Assembly (NCBI GenBank): GCA_050084515.1
Contig: CM114271.1
Location: 7,440,001-7,504,000, forward strand
DNA: 64,000 nt
Origin: Blasia pusilla
Taxonomy: Eukaryota
Direction: 5' to 3'
Part shown: positions 1 through 12,855 of the stretch, in pieces
How positions within the stretch are numbered: position 1 is the stretch's first letter
How the letters are laid out: each line of letters opens with the position of its first letter
Position numbers and translations under genes: made by a program
Notes under the pieces: generated by a model
Database searches by the model: none
Seen by the model: the letters and a program-made list of their open reading frames with translations, nothing else
What the model was told of the DNA's origin: nothing

Positions 1-216
1 CATCGTGAATGTCTCGGCCACCTCTCGTCTCCTCACCGACCTCTGGATCTAAGGACTCTCCATTAGACCTTGCCATCAAAGTCTCAACAATCTGGCTCTC
101 CATAGCCAACAAGCCCAAATAGGCTGACGCATGCCATCCTTGCACCAACTCCTGATCACTCTCACCATACCAAGGAGCTCTAGTCATATCTCGCCGACTC
201 GGGCATGGGTTACGGC

Positions 217-2500
217 TCAAACCATCTGCATCTTGGTTGAGCATCCCAGGTCTATGCACCACCTGGAAGCCATACTCCTGCAACAAAAGAGCCCACCTCG
301 CAAGCTTCTTGTAAGCTTGTCAAACTCCATTAACCACTTAAGTGGCTGATGATCAGTAATGATGGTAAAGGGATTACCAAATAGATAACATCTAAAATGT
401 GCGACAGCCCATACTGCATCCAAGCACTCACCCTCATGCGAGCTATACTTTTCCTCTGCAGCGTTGTTCGAGCGACTAGCATAAGCCACCACAAACTCTC
501 TACCATCATCGTCATGCTGGGTGAGCACGGCTCCAAGCCCCAAAATGCTCCAATCGGTATGCAATTGGAAAGGACGCCCCGTGATCAGTCTCCTCAATAT
601 GGGCGCGGACGTCAATCTGTCATTGACCATGTGAAATGCTCTCTCTTGCTCATCCCCCTAGTGTCGCAACCCTCATGACCAAACGAGTGCCAAAGCGGAA
701 CATCGGAACATTAGCAGGCTCACGCTAAGATGGTTTGCGCGTTGGAGTGATCTCGAAGAAAAGACAAGAGACAGGACGCAAGCGAGGCTTTGCGTTTCAG
801 ATGTTGTGGTCGCGACGGAGAAACCTGGACCAAACGCGGAACAAGACTTGAAAGGAGTTGAGTCTAGAAAGTGGGTTGCCAAAGGAAGAATCCGGATCTG
901 GGACGCCACTAGCGTTTGAGAGTTTCCGACTGTACTTATGGCCATAACTTTTAGCGCCAAGATGCATTTGGATCGAACAAGAGTACGTTGGAAGACTTAT
1001 GGAAAGACGGTTCAAACGCACTAAAGATCTTTGCAAACGCATAAGCAGCGGCTGAGAAACAACCCGGAAACGACTGTAAGTAGAGCCGGGTTGAGGGCCA
1101 CAATGAAGGGCCCGACCCTCCTTTTCCAAAGGGAAAGGGGGGTTATTGGAGAACCCCAGAAGTACTAGTAAGGGGGAAGTCTCCAAGAGTGCTTAGAACT
1201 CGAACCCCACTTTGGGCGCCACGGGGCGGCTCAAGGGCATGGAACAGATCGAGAGTTTGGGGTTGGGTTGGAAAACCTGAACCAAGTCTATGGAGGTGAT
1301 TTTAGACATCCCTCTTGGATTTCACCCCGCGCCTCAATTACTTGGGTCTCGGTTTGGAACTCACATGAGGTCCGTTGAACAGTTGGGATTGCTAGGCGCG
1401 CAAGTGCCATTTTAGATTCCTAGACTAATCAGGAAGTCTGTTCCAAGTCTTGAAGGACTTGCCATGTGTTGGAAACTAGGAAGTAAGTAAGGTTGAGCTT
1501 GATGAGACGCCGAGTTGAGAACTCGGTTGGCTGGAACGCTGGTTGGCTCTGACCCGAATAAGGAGAGTGCGTGTTTGGGTGCAGATTGGCGATGAGATCG
1601 TGTCCTACTGAACGTACGCTTCCGCAATAATAAAGACTGACATTCAAGGAAAGTAGGGCGCGACACCTAGTGCCACTCCTGATCCACCTTGGTTATCAAG
1701 GTTAGGGGCTTCGCAATCGAACTGAAAACCTTGACATACCATCGATAGAAGTTCGCCAATCCCATGAATGCACAAACTTGACTCACATGTGTAGGTCGTG
1801 GAATGCGTGAAATAGCCTCTACCTTTGTCCACTGCACACTAAGTCCCCTTGGGTATATCGTATGACCCAAGTACTCAATCTGGCCAAAGAAGAACTTGCA
1901 CTTGCCAGGATGTAGCTTCAGCCCATGTAACTACAATGGTCGGAACACCTCCTCTAGATGTCTCTCATGCTCCTCAACGGTGGCGCTAAGGACTACGATG
2001 TCATTACTTTAACACCTAGCAAAATCCAGACCTACCAAGATCCTATCCATGATCCTCTGAAACTCAGCCGGGGTGTTCTTTAACCCGAATGGTAAGAACC
2101 GCCATTGGTACAAACAATCCTTCTCGTGAGGATCGATGCCCCAAAATGCCCTCTTCTACCTGTCCTCCAATCTAATAGGCAACTCATGGTTTCCGGCTCG
2201 CAAATCCAATGAACTAAAGACCTTTGCATGCCCAATCGCATCAAAGATCTCCTTAGGGATAGGCATGGCATACGTATCGGACTTCCTCTACCGATTGATA
2301 GGTCAGTAATCTCCACACATCCGCCTATCCGTCCAGTTGTCATGCACATCCTTCTTGGCGGGCATGACAGTGCACGTGGCAGATGCATACTCTCCATGCA
2401 ACATCTCCACTAGTCTTGCTCCAACCAAGTCCTGGCTCCTACTCTGAATCAGAGCCCTCTCCATGTCACTGTACTTGTTGGATCGTCGAAAGATCGGTGT
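217..2500 (-). pseudogene. RT-RNase H region of copy A, split by the solo LTR at 662-1665
   Basis: ORF pieces GRPFQLHTDWSILGLGAVLTQ...HFRCYLFGNPFTIITDHQPLKWL, GHTIYPRGL...FMGLANFYR and DRRMCGDY; contains stops and frameshifts. Confidence 0.9.
662..1665 (+). mobile_element. Solo LTR of the chromovirus family found at 19556-26897
   Basis: TGTCGC...CGACA ends, perfect 5-bp TSD CCTAG (657-661 and 1666-1670), reverse-complement similarity to the chromovirus LTRs. Confidence 0.93.
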
Positions 2501-2877
2501 GTCACTCGACAACTCAATGGGGATCCTTGGACCCTTTAGCGTACCCAAATCATGCATACTAAATGCAAAACAGCTCCTAGAACTCCTAAGGAACTGGTGT
2601 ATCTGGCGCTGCTCTCCTCCTATCAACTTAGGGCCCATATCTCGCTCCCAAGTCTCCATCGTGACTACAGTAGGACTCTCCGGCATGGGTGTCGGTTGTT
2701 GATATGGTGGAACCCCATCTCCGATAGTAGAACTCTCATCTCCACATGCAGTACCCAGAACCATACTCGATGCTGTGGCTATCATCTCTTGGTGTACCTG
2801 CAAAACATCCCAAGAAGTCCAAGGGTGTCTCTCCTGATCACCCCTAGTGTGTCGATCTCCTCGGGTCTCGCCCCCAG

Positions 2878-3871
2878 TGTCGCACCCCTTCTCTCCTTGA
2901 ATGTCAATCGTTATTGTTGCGGAATCGTACGTTCAGTAGGACACGATCTCATCGCCGATGTGCACTCAAACACACACTCTCGTTGGTCGGGTCTGGGCCA
3001 ACCAACGTTCCAACCCACCGAGTTCTCAACTTGGCGTCTCATCAAGCTCAACCTCCCTTACCTCCTAATTTCCAAAACATGGCAAGTCCTTCAAGACTTG
3101 GAACAGACTTCCTGATTAGTTCAGGAACCTAAAACGGCACTTGCGCGCCTAGCGATCCCTACTGTTCAATGGACCTCGTGTGAGTCCCAAACCGAGACCT
3201 TAGATAATTGAGTCGCGGGGTGAGGGATGTCTAAAATCGCCTCCATAGACTTGGTTCAGGTTTTCCAACCCAACCCCAAACTCTCGATCCGTTCCATGCC
3301 CTTGAGCCGCCCTGTGGCGCCCAAAGTGGGGTTTGAGTTCCAAGCACTCTTAGAGACCTTCCCCCTTCCTAGTACTTCTGGGGTTCTCCAATAACCCCCC
3401 TTTTGGAAAAGGAGGGTCGGGTCCTTCGTTGTGGGCCTCAACCCGACTCTACTTGCATTCGTTTCCGGGTTTTTTTCAGCCGCTGCTTATGTGTTTGCAA
3501 AGATCTTTAGTGCGTTTGAACCGTCTTTCTTTAAGTCTACCAACGCACCCTTGTTTGATCCAAATGAATCTTGGCGCTAAAAGTTATGGCCATAAATACA
3601 GTCGGAAACTCTCAAACGCTAGTGGCGTTCCGAATCGGGATTCTTCCTTTGGCAACCCACTTCCTAGACTCAACTCCTTTCAAGTCTTGTTCTGCGTTTG
3701 GTCCAGGTTTCTCAATCGCAACCATAACATCTAAAAAACGCGAAGCCTTGCTTGCGTCTCGTCTCTTGTCTCTCCTTTGAGACCACTCTAACGCGCAAAC
3801 CATCTTAGAGTGAGCCCGCTAATGTTTGGATGTTCCGCTTTGGCACTCGTTTGGTCATGAGGGTCGCGACA
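2878..3871 (-). mobile_element. Solo LTR of the same chromovirus family, opposite orientation
   Basis: TGTCGC...GCGACA ends, TSD CCCAG/CCCAA (4/5 match), direct similarity to 19556-20555. Confidence 0.92.
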
Positions 3872-3955
3872 CCCAACCACTGCCTCAACCGCCTCGGTAG
3901 GCATGGGGCTCACCAATGCAAAAGCTGTAATCTGTCGCATCCTCAAACGACGATG

Positions 3956-4925
3956 CTAAGCTACTCCTAAGCTGAAAATCCATGTCAAGCAGTTCACGTC
4001 CATTTCCTGACCCAAGACATGACGTCGTGATGCCTCTGATAGTGATGGTACTGCCATCACTCCTATGGGAAATCCCATCGCTTGCTCTCGCTCATCGGCG
4101 TTGGGCTCCACCAACCTCTGTACTTGGTCATTCCAAACCAAGCCAGGTCCGGCCTCCTTGAATGCATAGGAAGCGGTAAAACTCACCAATGTGGGAAAGG
4201 CTGCCCTTGGCCTGCCAATCATGTTGACCACAGTCAACGGCGGTTGATCATCTGGCCTCTTTGCCTGTGATCGATGGCGTGGATCCAATATAGAATCCAC
4301 CAACAAATTGGAGGGGTGCTCCACTCTCGCATATGCCCTCCGTAACACCTCATGTGGTACCAAGTTTGTCCACCAAAGACACAGGCGTTGTGCTCGTGAA
4401 CCCAGACTCGCCGCATCTAACAACAGTGCCGGGCCGATCCATATGCATACCTGATGTGCACTCGTCACCACGCGGGACCTCGAATTGCCCAAAATTGGCA
4501 CATTCTCCAAAATGTATGCTAGAGAACGAGGCTGATGCTCTTGTAAATGTTGCAAGATCCGCATTATCTCCCAAAACAACCTAGACCGAGTGTCAGCTAA
4601 CCCGCTACCTCATCCAACACTCGATTGGCCCTAATACGGCCAACAAGCAATGACCAAGTCTATGGTCCCTACCCGCTCCAAGTCTTGCGCCCCCAACAAT
4701 GAAATTTCCCTCGATAGGGAACTCTGGTAACCTTGAATGGCAGACACAGATAACAAGTTGGGGAAATGGAGGCGTAACAGCGCCACATGGTGAAGTGAAG
4801 CGCGCCTCACATCATCATCAATCTCCACATATAGGTACTGCTGCACGCGCACTCTAGCCTGCAAAATAGCAGCTAACATAATGCTGATCCCTCCAAAGAG
4901 ATCCAACACCCAAATACCCTTTTCT
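3956..4925 (-). pseudogene. DNMT3-like C5 cytosine methyltransferase domain inside pol, copy A
   Basis: Motif I VLDLFGGI (4886-4909), II YVEID, IV IDLVIACWPY* (decayed GWPCQ), VI YILENV, VIII LDAASLGSRAQR..WWTNL, IX EREQAMGFP, X RRHVLGQ, in linear (non-permuted) order. Confidence 0.88.
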
Positions 4926-5329
4926 GGGATGCACCACACAAACAGGGTGGTGTCCAAAGGGGTCATAGCAGCACTCCTGCCTACTTGGGGTTCCTCTAAC
5001 TTGTCACACTCTGGTGTAAACGTCTTGCTCCATGCGGTTTGCACATGCTCAGTGGCTAAGCGTCAAAGCTCCTCAGTCGAGCCCCAAAGTGGAACCTCTC
5101 CTCCACGGACTGATGCGGCTACTACGACACTCCTCTGCATATAAATGTCAAGAACGGGAGTATCCTTTGCATGGACATGTCCCTCAATCAAATCACTAGG
5201 CCAAGTGATGGCACTACTAAATGCTGCTAAGGTTGCCATCTCTCCTGGCCGTTGCTTGATCATTGAACCTATGAATCGAACGGGTAATGAGCTAAGGCGT
5301 CCATCACCTGATTTCCATCCTGGTCTGTA

Positions 5330-5727
5330 GGACGCAGACTCCTCCCAGGAATCCAGGGAGAACCCCATCGGATATAACACTGCTCCACCAACCAAGACGT
5401 CGTAGGACTCTTCATCAGTCACTATCGCCTTGGCTCGCACCACAGACTCATCTGTGGGATGTCCCGGGTAAATCCTCACCACGACCTCATGTTGGGTGAT
5501 ATACTGTGTGGTACTCGCTCTACCCAAGGATGTCTCTATCCAGAATGGCAACGCTCCACATCGGCTCTCGTCAAGCCCAATCCTCTGAATGACGCTTTTC
5601 CCAACATCAGGGGTTGCGCTCCTGAATCCAACAAGACGCATTGCGGACTAAAAGCTTTACCTTCGCGACTTACCAAGTGGAAGACCTCTCGTTGGTTATC
5701 CAGCAACACAACACCAGGAGAAGCCAT
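5330..5727 (-). pseudogene. Aspartic protease domain of copy A
   Basis: VLLDSGAQPLMLGK and downstream YDVLVGGAVL, split by a frameshift. Confidence 0.8.
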
Positions 5728-6044
5728 GACACACTCCTAGCAGCCGTAGCCTGCCATGAATCTGACGTGGACGGCCCGAGCATCCGCTCCAAGGGCAGGT
5801 CCATCACCTCCTCTGCAATCACCTCTGAACATGCTGCAAGAACTCCAACTCCACGCTCACATAGCGGAGCGGCCAGCCAAAAAGCCTTGATGGGCGTACC
5901 TCCCAACGTCATAACATCGGAAGCAGAAAATAAAGGAGCGCGGTACACAACGATGGCCGCCCCCAACAACGTGCTCGACACATGCCCCTCCTAAGCATCA
6001 ACAATAGGAGTCTCCGCACTTGCTTCTCCCATTGCCCTCTATGC

Positions 6045-7104
6045 CTACACACCAATAGCATCATCAACTCTCCAGGAACTCTGATTAGGACCCATCGATG
6101 GGGTTCTCATCGCCTCGGACAACCTGAAAGATTGAGGAAGCCTAGTCTGTTTCCTAGCTTCCCCTTGCTGTGGATCTAACTCTGCGGGTGCTCCACGCGT
6201 CACAACTGCGGTGGCCTCCATCTGGGCAACCCCGCACATCCAACCAAGATCCTCCACATCTGTGGCTACTCCATATGATGGTGATGCCACGGATCCGGGA
6301 TCGGGTATTCTCAATGCCATAGTGGCAATCTGCTCCTGTAGCTGATGTATCTTAGCAGCCATCCTAGCCTCATGCCCGACATCTCCCTCGACGTGTCTAG
6401 GTGGTGGGAATCTACCTCCTCCACGGGTAGCTCCACCATCCTGTTGGGCAACTCTAGCTCCTCGTCCCCCAACGGGACCACCACGTGCAAGATCTCTAAG
6501 CCCACCCGGACCGGCTACTCGCTCTAGTGCCCTCTCTGGCCCTCGGTCTAGACGTAACTCAGAATGTAAACTGAAACACCAAGCGCGTGTATAACCATAT
6601 TTTTGACAATAGTCACACTGATAACCTCCTGGTGCAACACCATCTCCTCCTCCATGTTGAGGCACACATCCATGAACCTGAAGAGTGCAATCACGCTGAT
6701 GATGGGCTCCACCACATGACCAACAAGTAATCATAGACGGCTGCTGCTGAAGCGCATATGAAGGTGCAAGTGTCTGTGGCATGGCCTCTTGATATCCTCC
6801 CTAAGCTCATGATGCCACAGTTGACCTATCTCGGAGTCCACATTGCTCCACAAGTGCTGCAGAAAATCGTGACTGCTCTCGCCCAAAACCCATGGTTGCT
6901 ACGCTCTCCTCTGCCATGTTGCGCTCAATATTCTCGGCGGTCCTAAAAATATCTCTCAACATAGGGAAGGTGTTCATATGAAGCACCCCCTCCTGCATCC
7001 ATGTCCGTAGGGTCCCGTCCAACATCGCGTACCATGAATGGATAGCGTGAGCCTCTATCACCTCCTGAGTGACGTTGATCAACCGCCGCAAGCAAGTGTA
7101 AGCA
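6045..7104 (-). pseudogene. gag (C-terminal part) of copy A
   Basis: CWSCGGAHHQRDC and CDYCQKYGYTRAWC zinc-knuckle-like motifs; AYTCLRRLINVTQ matches the gag of copy C. Confidence 0.8.
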
Positions 7105-10100
7105 AGTTAAGCCCTAAGTTCAACTTCTCCTTACATTTAATTGTGCTTTTGTGATTAGAGTGTGGAATCTAGGGTTACAATTCAATTGGAAGAAGTGAAG
7201 AAGAAATGGAGTGCACATTTGGATGATGTCAAGTCTCAGATGGAACGGCAAAACAAAACATTGGGGATACTAATGGAGATGGTTTCAAAGCTAGCAACGA
7301 GGGATGTGCCAACTACCACTACCGAAGCTCTTCCAATCCCATACACAGGATCTTTACCATCCATCTATGTTCATCCAATAATTCTGGAACCAAACATGGG
7401 TAAGATTTGTAACATTCCTTTTCACATGACATAGTTCTATGATTTTAAGTTCTTCTCAAAGTTGAAGTTTTAAGAAGTGATTATTGATTTCTGCACTTAC
7501 GTCAGGCTTTAGTAAATTCACATTTTTACACACCACACAACGAGGTTAGAGATTTTTTCACTTGGTGATCAGGTTTGAGTTTATCTCAAGTTTTAGGGCA
7601 TTTCTGTTTTTACACACAACACAACTAAGTTAGAGACTTGAATGCTTGATGATGTACATGAATTTATGTCAGGTTTTAGTATAGGCTTATTGACTTTTTT
7701 GAGTTAATTTTTTTGTTTAATTTTCTCCTTTTTGGTTTATGAGTTTACGTCAGGTTTTAGTATTGGTTTTATCACTTGGCAATTGACATTTTGAGAAGCC
7801 CATGTTTTGTGATTTCTGAATTTACGTGAGGATTAGAAAAGGTTTTAAAGGACTCAAGGAAATTGAGTTTGGATTGTCCCTACTTGGTGATATATCTTAA
7901 TTTACGTCAGCTTTTAGTATAGATTCATTAACTTTTCAGAGTTACATGTGTTAATTTCCTCCTTTTTGATATATGAATCTACAATAGGTTTTACTGTTGG
8001 TTCTGTCACTTCTCAATCCCTATTTTGAGAAGTCCTTGAATTCTGAATTCACTTGAGGTTTGGAACAACTTTAAATACTTTTTGAAATGAAGTTTGGAAT
8101 TAATTAGCTTTTTGAGTTATGAGTCTACATTAGGCAAGGTCTTCATACTACTCAGTCTTGCTGGACTTTTGAGAAACATATGCTAAGGGGATCATCTAAA
8201 ACAACATCAGGTTTTGGTATAAGTTCCCACACATTCGAGAGTTATGTTTGATGGGTATAAGTTCATCTGATTTTTTAGGTTTACGGCAGGTTCTAGATTT
8301 TCCAATTTTTGTGAATGAGCTCAACATTTGTTTTTATGTTGTTAAGGCATCCTTCAAATGAATCACTTGATAATTTTGGTTTTTTTTCATATATTTGGAT
8401 TCATTCTAGACACAATTGCTTGTCCAAATCACACCAATGGAGAGGTGAATGTGACTTTGAAAGAGGGGATTTCCATCGATGGTGATGAGGATGCTACCAC
8501 ACAATTCACACGTAAGAAAGCAATACCATGATCTTTGCTGTCAATTCACTTGATTTTTGGGTACAAAAATTTATCATGAGTGTGTAAGATACTACTGAGT
8601 ATTTTCATGTCCTTGAGTGCTAATTTGTTGTGCAACTTCTTGATGATCCTTACCCAAAGCCAATGGCAAGTTTTAAGAAAAGGTCTTTATCAAACAGTGG
8701 GGAGTATGCAACCACACGGACTACACGTAAGGACATAGCTTCCCATCACCAATAGCTATGAATTCTCAAGTTTATTGATTAAGTAGACAAGCTAGTTTTG
8801 TTGTGTTTAATTTTATATTGTTTGAATGTACAATTTTGGTCGTGTATAGAATGCCGAAGCGTGGACAACAAGCATATGCCTTCTCTCAAGAAGAAGTGGA
8901 AGCCCAAGCCTCATTCTGATGTACCTTGTGAACAAGAAAGTGAAACAAGATTAGGTTCATCTAAACAAAAAAAAAGGGTAAATTACTACTATGCTGCTTG
9001 GACTATTACGAGTCTGATTTATGGAACGTGACTGATATCAATTTTCTTGGACACTTCATTGAACGTGTAGGACTAGGGACATTCTCACATCATATATCGT
9101 TGTGGAGCTGGTCCTTCAAAGGTAACTCATAGTTCTTACCCATGTAGGTTGTGAGTCCAACTTCTTTATAGCTGAAACTACCATGATATATAAAAAATTG
9201 TCTTCGTTGTTGGTGTGGTGTGTTATAGTTACAAATGGGTGATCATGTCCTTCTCACTAAACCAAAGTTCACTAGGATGGTGCTTGGCTCCGGAATAATA
9301 TCAGGGTCTGGAGGCAAGGAAACATTCCATGGGAAGGACATCCCAAGGGGAATGGTACAGATCACTCTAACTGAAGTTTTGGATCCAGAGCATGAGTTGT
9401 GGCTGGCCAATAAAGAAGATGATCCGCCACAACTAACTTTTGCTAATGTCTTGGGATCGACCATGATTTGGCCAGAAATGCTTATGAGAAAGGCAATGCA
9501 TTAGATGAATTGGACTTCTTTGTTTTGGCCTATAAAAACCTCACAAAGATAGGGAACAATTTTGAATGCTTTTGTTCCTTATTTCAACTTTTGATTAGAA
9601 TCAAGCCCCTATGATTTCTATTTACTTCAGATGTGTGTATTCCTCTGCTAAATAAGAGACTAAGATTTTGTAAGGTTTGTCCATTGTTTTTGCTAAATGT
9701 CTTTATCAAGAATATAATTTAGTCTTGAATGAATAGATTGCTTACTTTAAGCTCTTGTATTGATGACTTTTGTTTTTCGGCATTCACGCCTTCTTTTGTC
9801 TTGCTGGATTTTTTGTTTACAAAAACTTCTCCTTCATTTATTGGTAGCATTGATAAATGTGAAATATTACACCCAAGTTCTATTTAAAATGATTCCATTA
9901 GTCATTACACAATGACCAAAGGAATCATATATTGTGCCCATAAAGCATAAAGTTAATGACTATATCAATCATATAGCAATCATTCCACAAGTCATTACTA
10001 AATTACCATAAAACATTCAATTACTCAATGAGAAATAAATGGACTACTCTTTGAGTCATTGTATGCCAAATTACCATTTCAATCACTTACATAGTCATAA

Positions 10101-10714
10101 TCCAATAACTCAACTAGTCATTATCCATCAATTTTATGACTTGAGCAGTCATTACTAGGCAACTCAATCATTCAATACCAACTTAATGAAAGACTACGCT
10201 AGTCATTTCAATCAATACGTGATTACTGCTCAAGTCATTCTCACATGATTATGAGTGGGCTTTGATCATATTTGACTCACTGCTAAATATTTTCGTATAC
10301 TTGTCAATATATCATTAGATGGCGTGGAATATTTTCCATTACTTCAACCCATATTTTCATTCATGACTAGGTTAGTTGTCATGTTATGACTCGAGAAAAA
10401 AATGACTACGTTTTATAAATGATCTTATTTTCCATGTCACTTAATAATGTGTTATACGCCAATTGCTTAAGCTGATATGGCATGTCCATGTCATATGATG
10501 ACGTATCATAATTACACATCATCATATGACATGGCAATCGCGATGAAATGAGTCATCCACATCAGCTTACTAAGAGACTTATATTAATCATTTGGCTAAA
10601 ATGACTTGGCTTTTGTGTCTCCACAAGTAACTAGTCATTTGTAGGCATTGATTGAGATATATAACTCAAACGAGTCATAAAAATCAATCATAAAACCAAG
10701 CTTTTCTTCTAGTG
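7105..10714 (+). mobile_element. 3' part of a CACTA/En-Spm DNA transposon
   Basis: Ends CTTTTCTTCTAGTG (reverse complement CACTAGAAGAAAAG), many AGTCAT/ATGACT subterminal repeats at 9900-10680, intron-split exons upstream. Left end not seen. Confidence 0.75.
9235..9504 (+). CDS. Last exon of a CACTA TnpA/TNP1-like accessory protein
   Basis: VLGSGII...FHGKDIPRGMVQITLTEVLDP...ANVLGSTMIWP resembles the C-terminus of En/Spm ORF2 (Transposase_23-like), preceded by an AG acceptor. Confidence 0.6.
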   Translation: MGDHVLLTKPKFTRMVLGSGIISGSGGKETFHGKDIPRGMVQITLTEVLDPEHELWLANKEDDPPQLTFANVLGSTMIWPEMLMRKAMH

Positions 10715-12855
10715 ATACGGAAGTGTTATGATGTTTTTGAGAAGCATTAGAAATCCGCACAAATAAAAAAGGTCGAAGCCTCCGACAACCCTTTGCTATT
10801 ATTCTTGCTTACAACATCCCAACTCGACCTGCTCAATTATGGAGTCAATTTTTTATCCCACTCATAGAGGATATCTTACATGAACGACGTGAGGTAATTC
10901 CTATTCCTACTTCCACGATAACAATTCTTATTTTATCCTTTTTCTTTTGGATTATTTCCCAAATCGTGGCCTTTATGCAGAAAACAGGGATTCTTGATCT
11001 TGCTCAAGACTCTTTAATTATTAACAATGCATTATTAGAGGTCCACGACCATTTGCAAGATCAAGGAAAATGATTATTTGATTTCCCGGATATGCCTTAC
11101 GCGGATTTCCAAGCTTCATCTTTATATTCGTATTTGGAAGCGGAAGAGCTCACGTATGATCGTAATGACTTACATGAACAAGCTAGGTTAGCAGAACAAA
11201 ATTTGAATGAAGGACAACGGTTGATTTGGGATGCTATATACGATAAACTTAATAGCATTATTGCTGGTGATATTTCTTCTGGTTCAAGATTATTCTTCAT
11301 TGACGGGCGTGGAAAAATTGGAAAAACCTCTTTACACAATCTACTTCTTGCAAGTGAAAGAGGTGCTGGAGGCGTAGCTTTAGCTGTTGCTTCATCGAGA
11401 ATAACTGCTTTGTTGTTAAATGGAGGACGCACTACACATTTACGTTTCAAGATTCCAATTAATGTAGATGAAAACTCCACTTGCAAGTAAGTATCTACTC
11501 ATTTCATGACTTTGTATTTCTTTTAATGTGGTAAAGAGAACACTTGCCCAACATACTAATATCTTTTGGTACGTTATTTTGTAGTTTACCTGTTAATAGC
11601 AAAGCTGCGCGCTTGATTCAAAAGGCTTGGCTTATAATATGGGATGAGGCACCGATGACTCATCGCCATGCATTTGAGGCTGTAAATCAATATTTTCAAG
11701 ATATCATGGGAGTGGTATCGGAAGACTTGAGGAATGTTCCGTTCGGTGGCAAATTAATGATCTTTGGTGGGAATTTTCGCCAAATATCACCTGTTGTTCG
11801 TCGTGGAGACTGTCTAAAAATTATTCAAGCTACATTAAAGATGTCATATTTATGGTCTCATGTGAGGGTAATGAAGCTTACAACGAATATGAGAGTTCAA
11901 AATTTAGAAGTGAACATACGTCTACAACAACAAGCTTTTGCAGATTGGCTATTGGAGGTTGGAGAGGGTCGTGTGCCTTCGGAATCTCACTTGGGAGAGG
12001 ATTTTATGCGATTTCCAAATGATATGGTGATCAAGAGTAAGAAGATAAGTGATCTTATTAACATCATCTATGGAAATGATTATGAAATGTTTTGTGACAT
12101 CAACTTTTTAAGAGATACAACAATTCTTACACCGAAAAATCGAGATGTTGATGACATCAATGCACAAGTGATGTCTCAATTCTATGGAGAGATAATATTG
12201 GTTCTCAAATAATTTTCATGTCACTTTCTTCACGAGTACTTGAATTATATTATGCAAAAAAATTAAAATCATCTCCTAAGATATGTTTGATCTATGTAGA
12301 AACGTACTTATCTTGGTGTTGATTCCGTTCTGGATGAGGGGATGAGTTATATCTATCCGACACAATTCTTAAATACGTGCTCACCGTCAGGTTTACCACC
12401 ACATCGTTTAAGCTTGAAAATTGGTGCACCTATAATGCTTTTACAAAACTTGAACGGTTCAAAGGGACAAGCCAATGGAACTTGATTGGTGATCCGTGGA
12501 TTCATGTGCAACATGTTATTGATGCCGAAATTATCACAGGCAAGAACATTGGAGACCGAGTCTTTATTCCACAAATTCCATTGATTGCATCAGACTCGGG
12601 TTTACATTTTGATTTACGTAGATTTCAATTTCCTATTCGTCCTGCTTTTGCTATGATTATCAATAAATCTCAAGGTCAAACCTTGAAAAAATAAGAATTT
12701 ACCTACTTACATCAGTATTTTCTCATGGTGAATTAAATGAAGTATTGTCAAGAGTAGGACAAAAAAAAGCAATCAATATAACAATAGGAAGTGATGCACT
12801 TTTAAATGAAAAAGGACACTTGAAAAGAAATGTGGCGTATAAAGAAATATTTTAA
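10715..12855 (+). pseudogene. Helitron Rep/Hel PIF1-like helicase fragment with introns
   Basis: FFIDGRGKIGKT (Walker A-like), LIIWDEAPM, FGGNFRQISPVV, QFPIRPAFAMIINKSQGQTL; GT..AG introns near 10894, 11487 and ~12200; stops present. Confidence 0.88.

Larger units (their letters stand above)
1..7104 (-). mobile_element. Ty3/Gypsy retrotransposon carrying a C5 DNA methyltransferase domain, copy A (decayed, 5'-truncated, runs off the window)
   Basis: Minus-strand order: gag (CCHC knuckles), protease (VLLDSGAQ), DNMT motifs, RT (RRMCGDY), RNase H (FQLHTDWS...TDHQPL). Interrupted by two solo LTRs. Colinear with copy B. Confidence 0.92.

Noticed and set aside
673-3803. Recurrent 60-130-aa ORFs (GAKSYGHKYS...) also at 20116 and 26458
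   Set aside because: They recur only because they lie in LTR copies; frames and stops are not conserved.
3956-5044. Methyltransferase as a host DRM/CMT/DNMT3 gene or bacterial restriction-modification contamination
   Set aside because: It is intronless, in frame with protease and RT, repeated at the same position in a second element, and has no UBA, BAH or chromo domain and no nuclease partner.
6790-7104. Copies A and C as two halves of a single inverted element
   Set aside because: They overlap by ~300 bp and differ at many positions there, which fits separate copies better, though an old event cannot be excluded.
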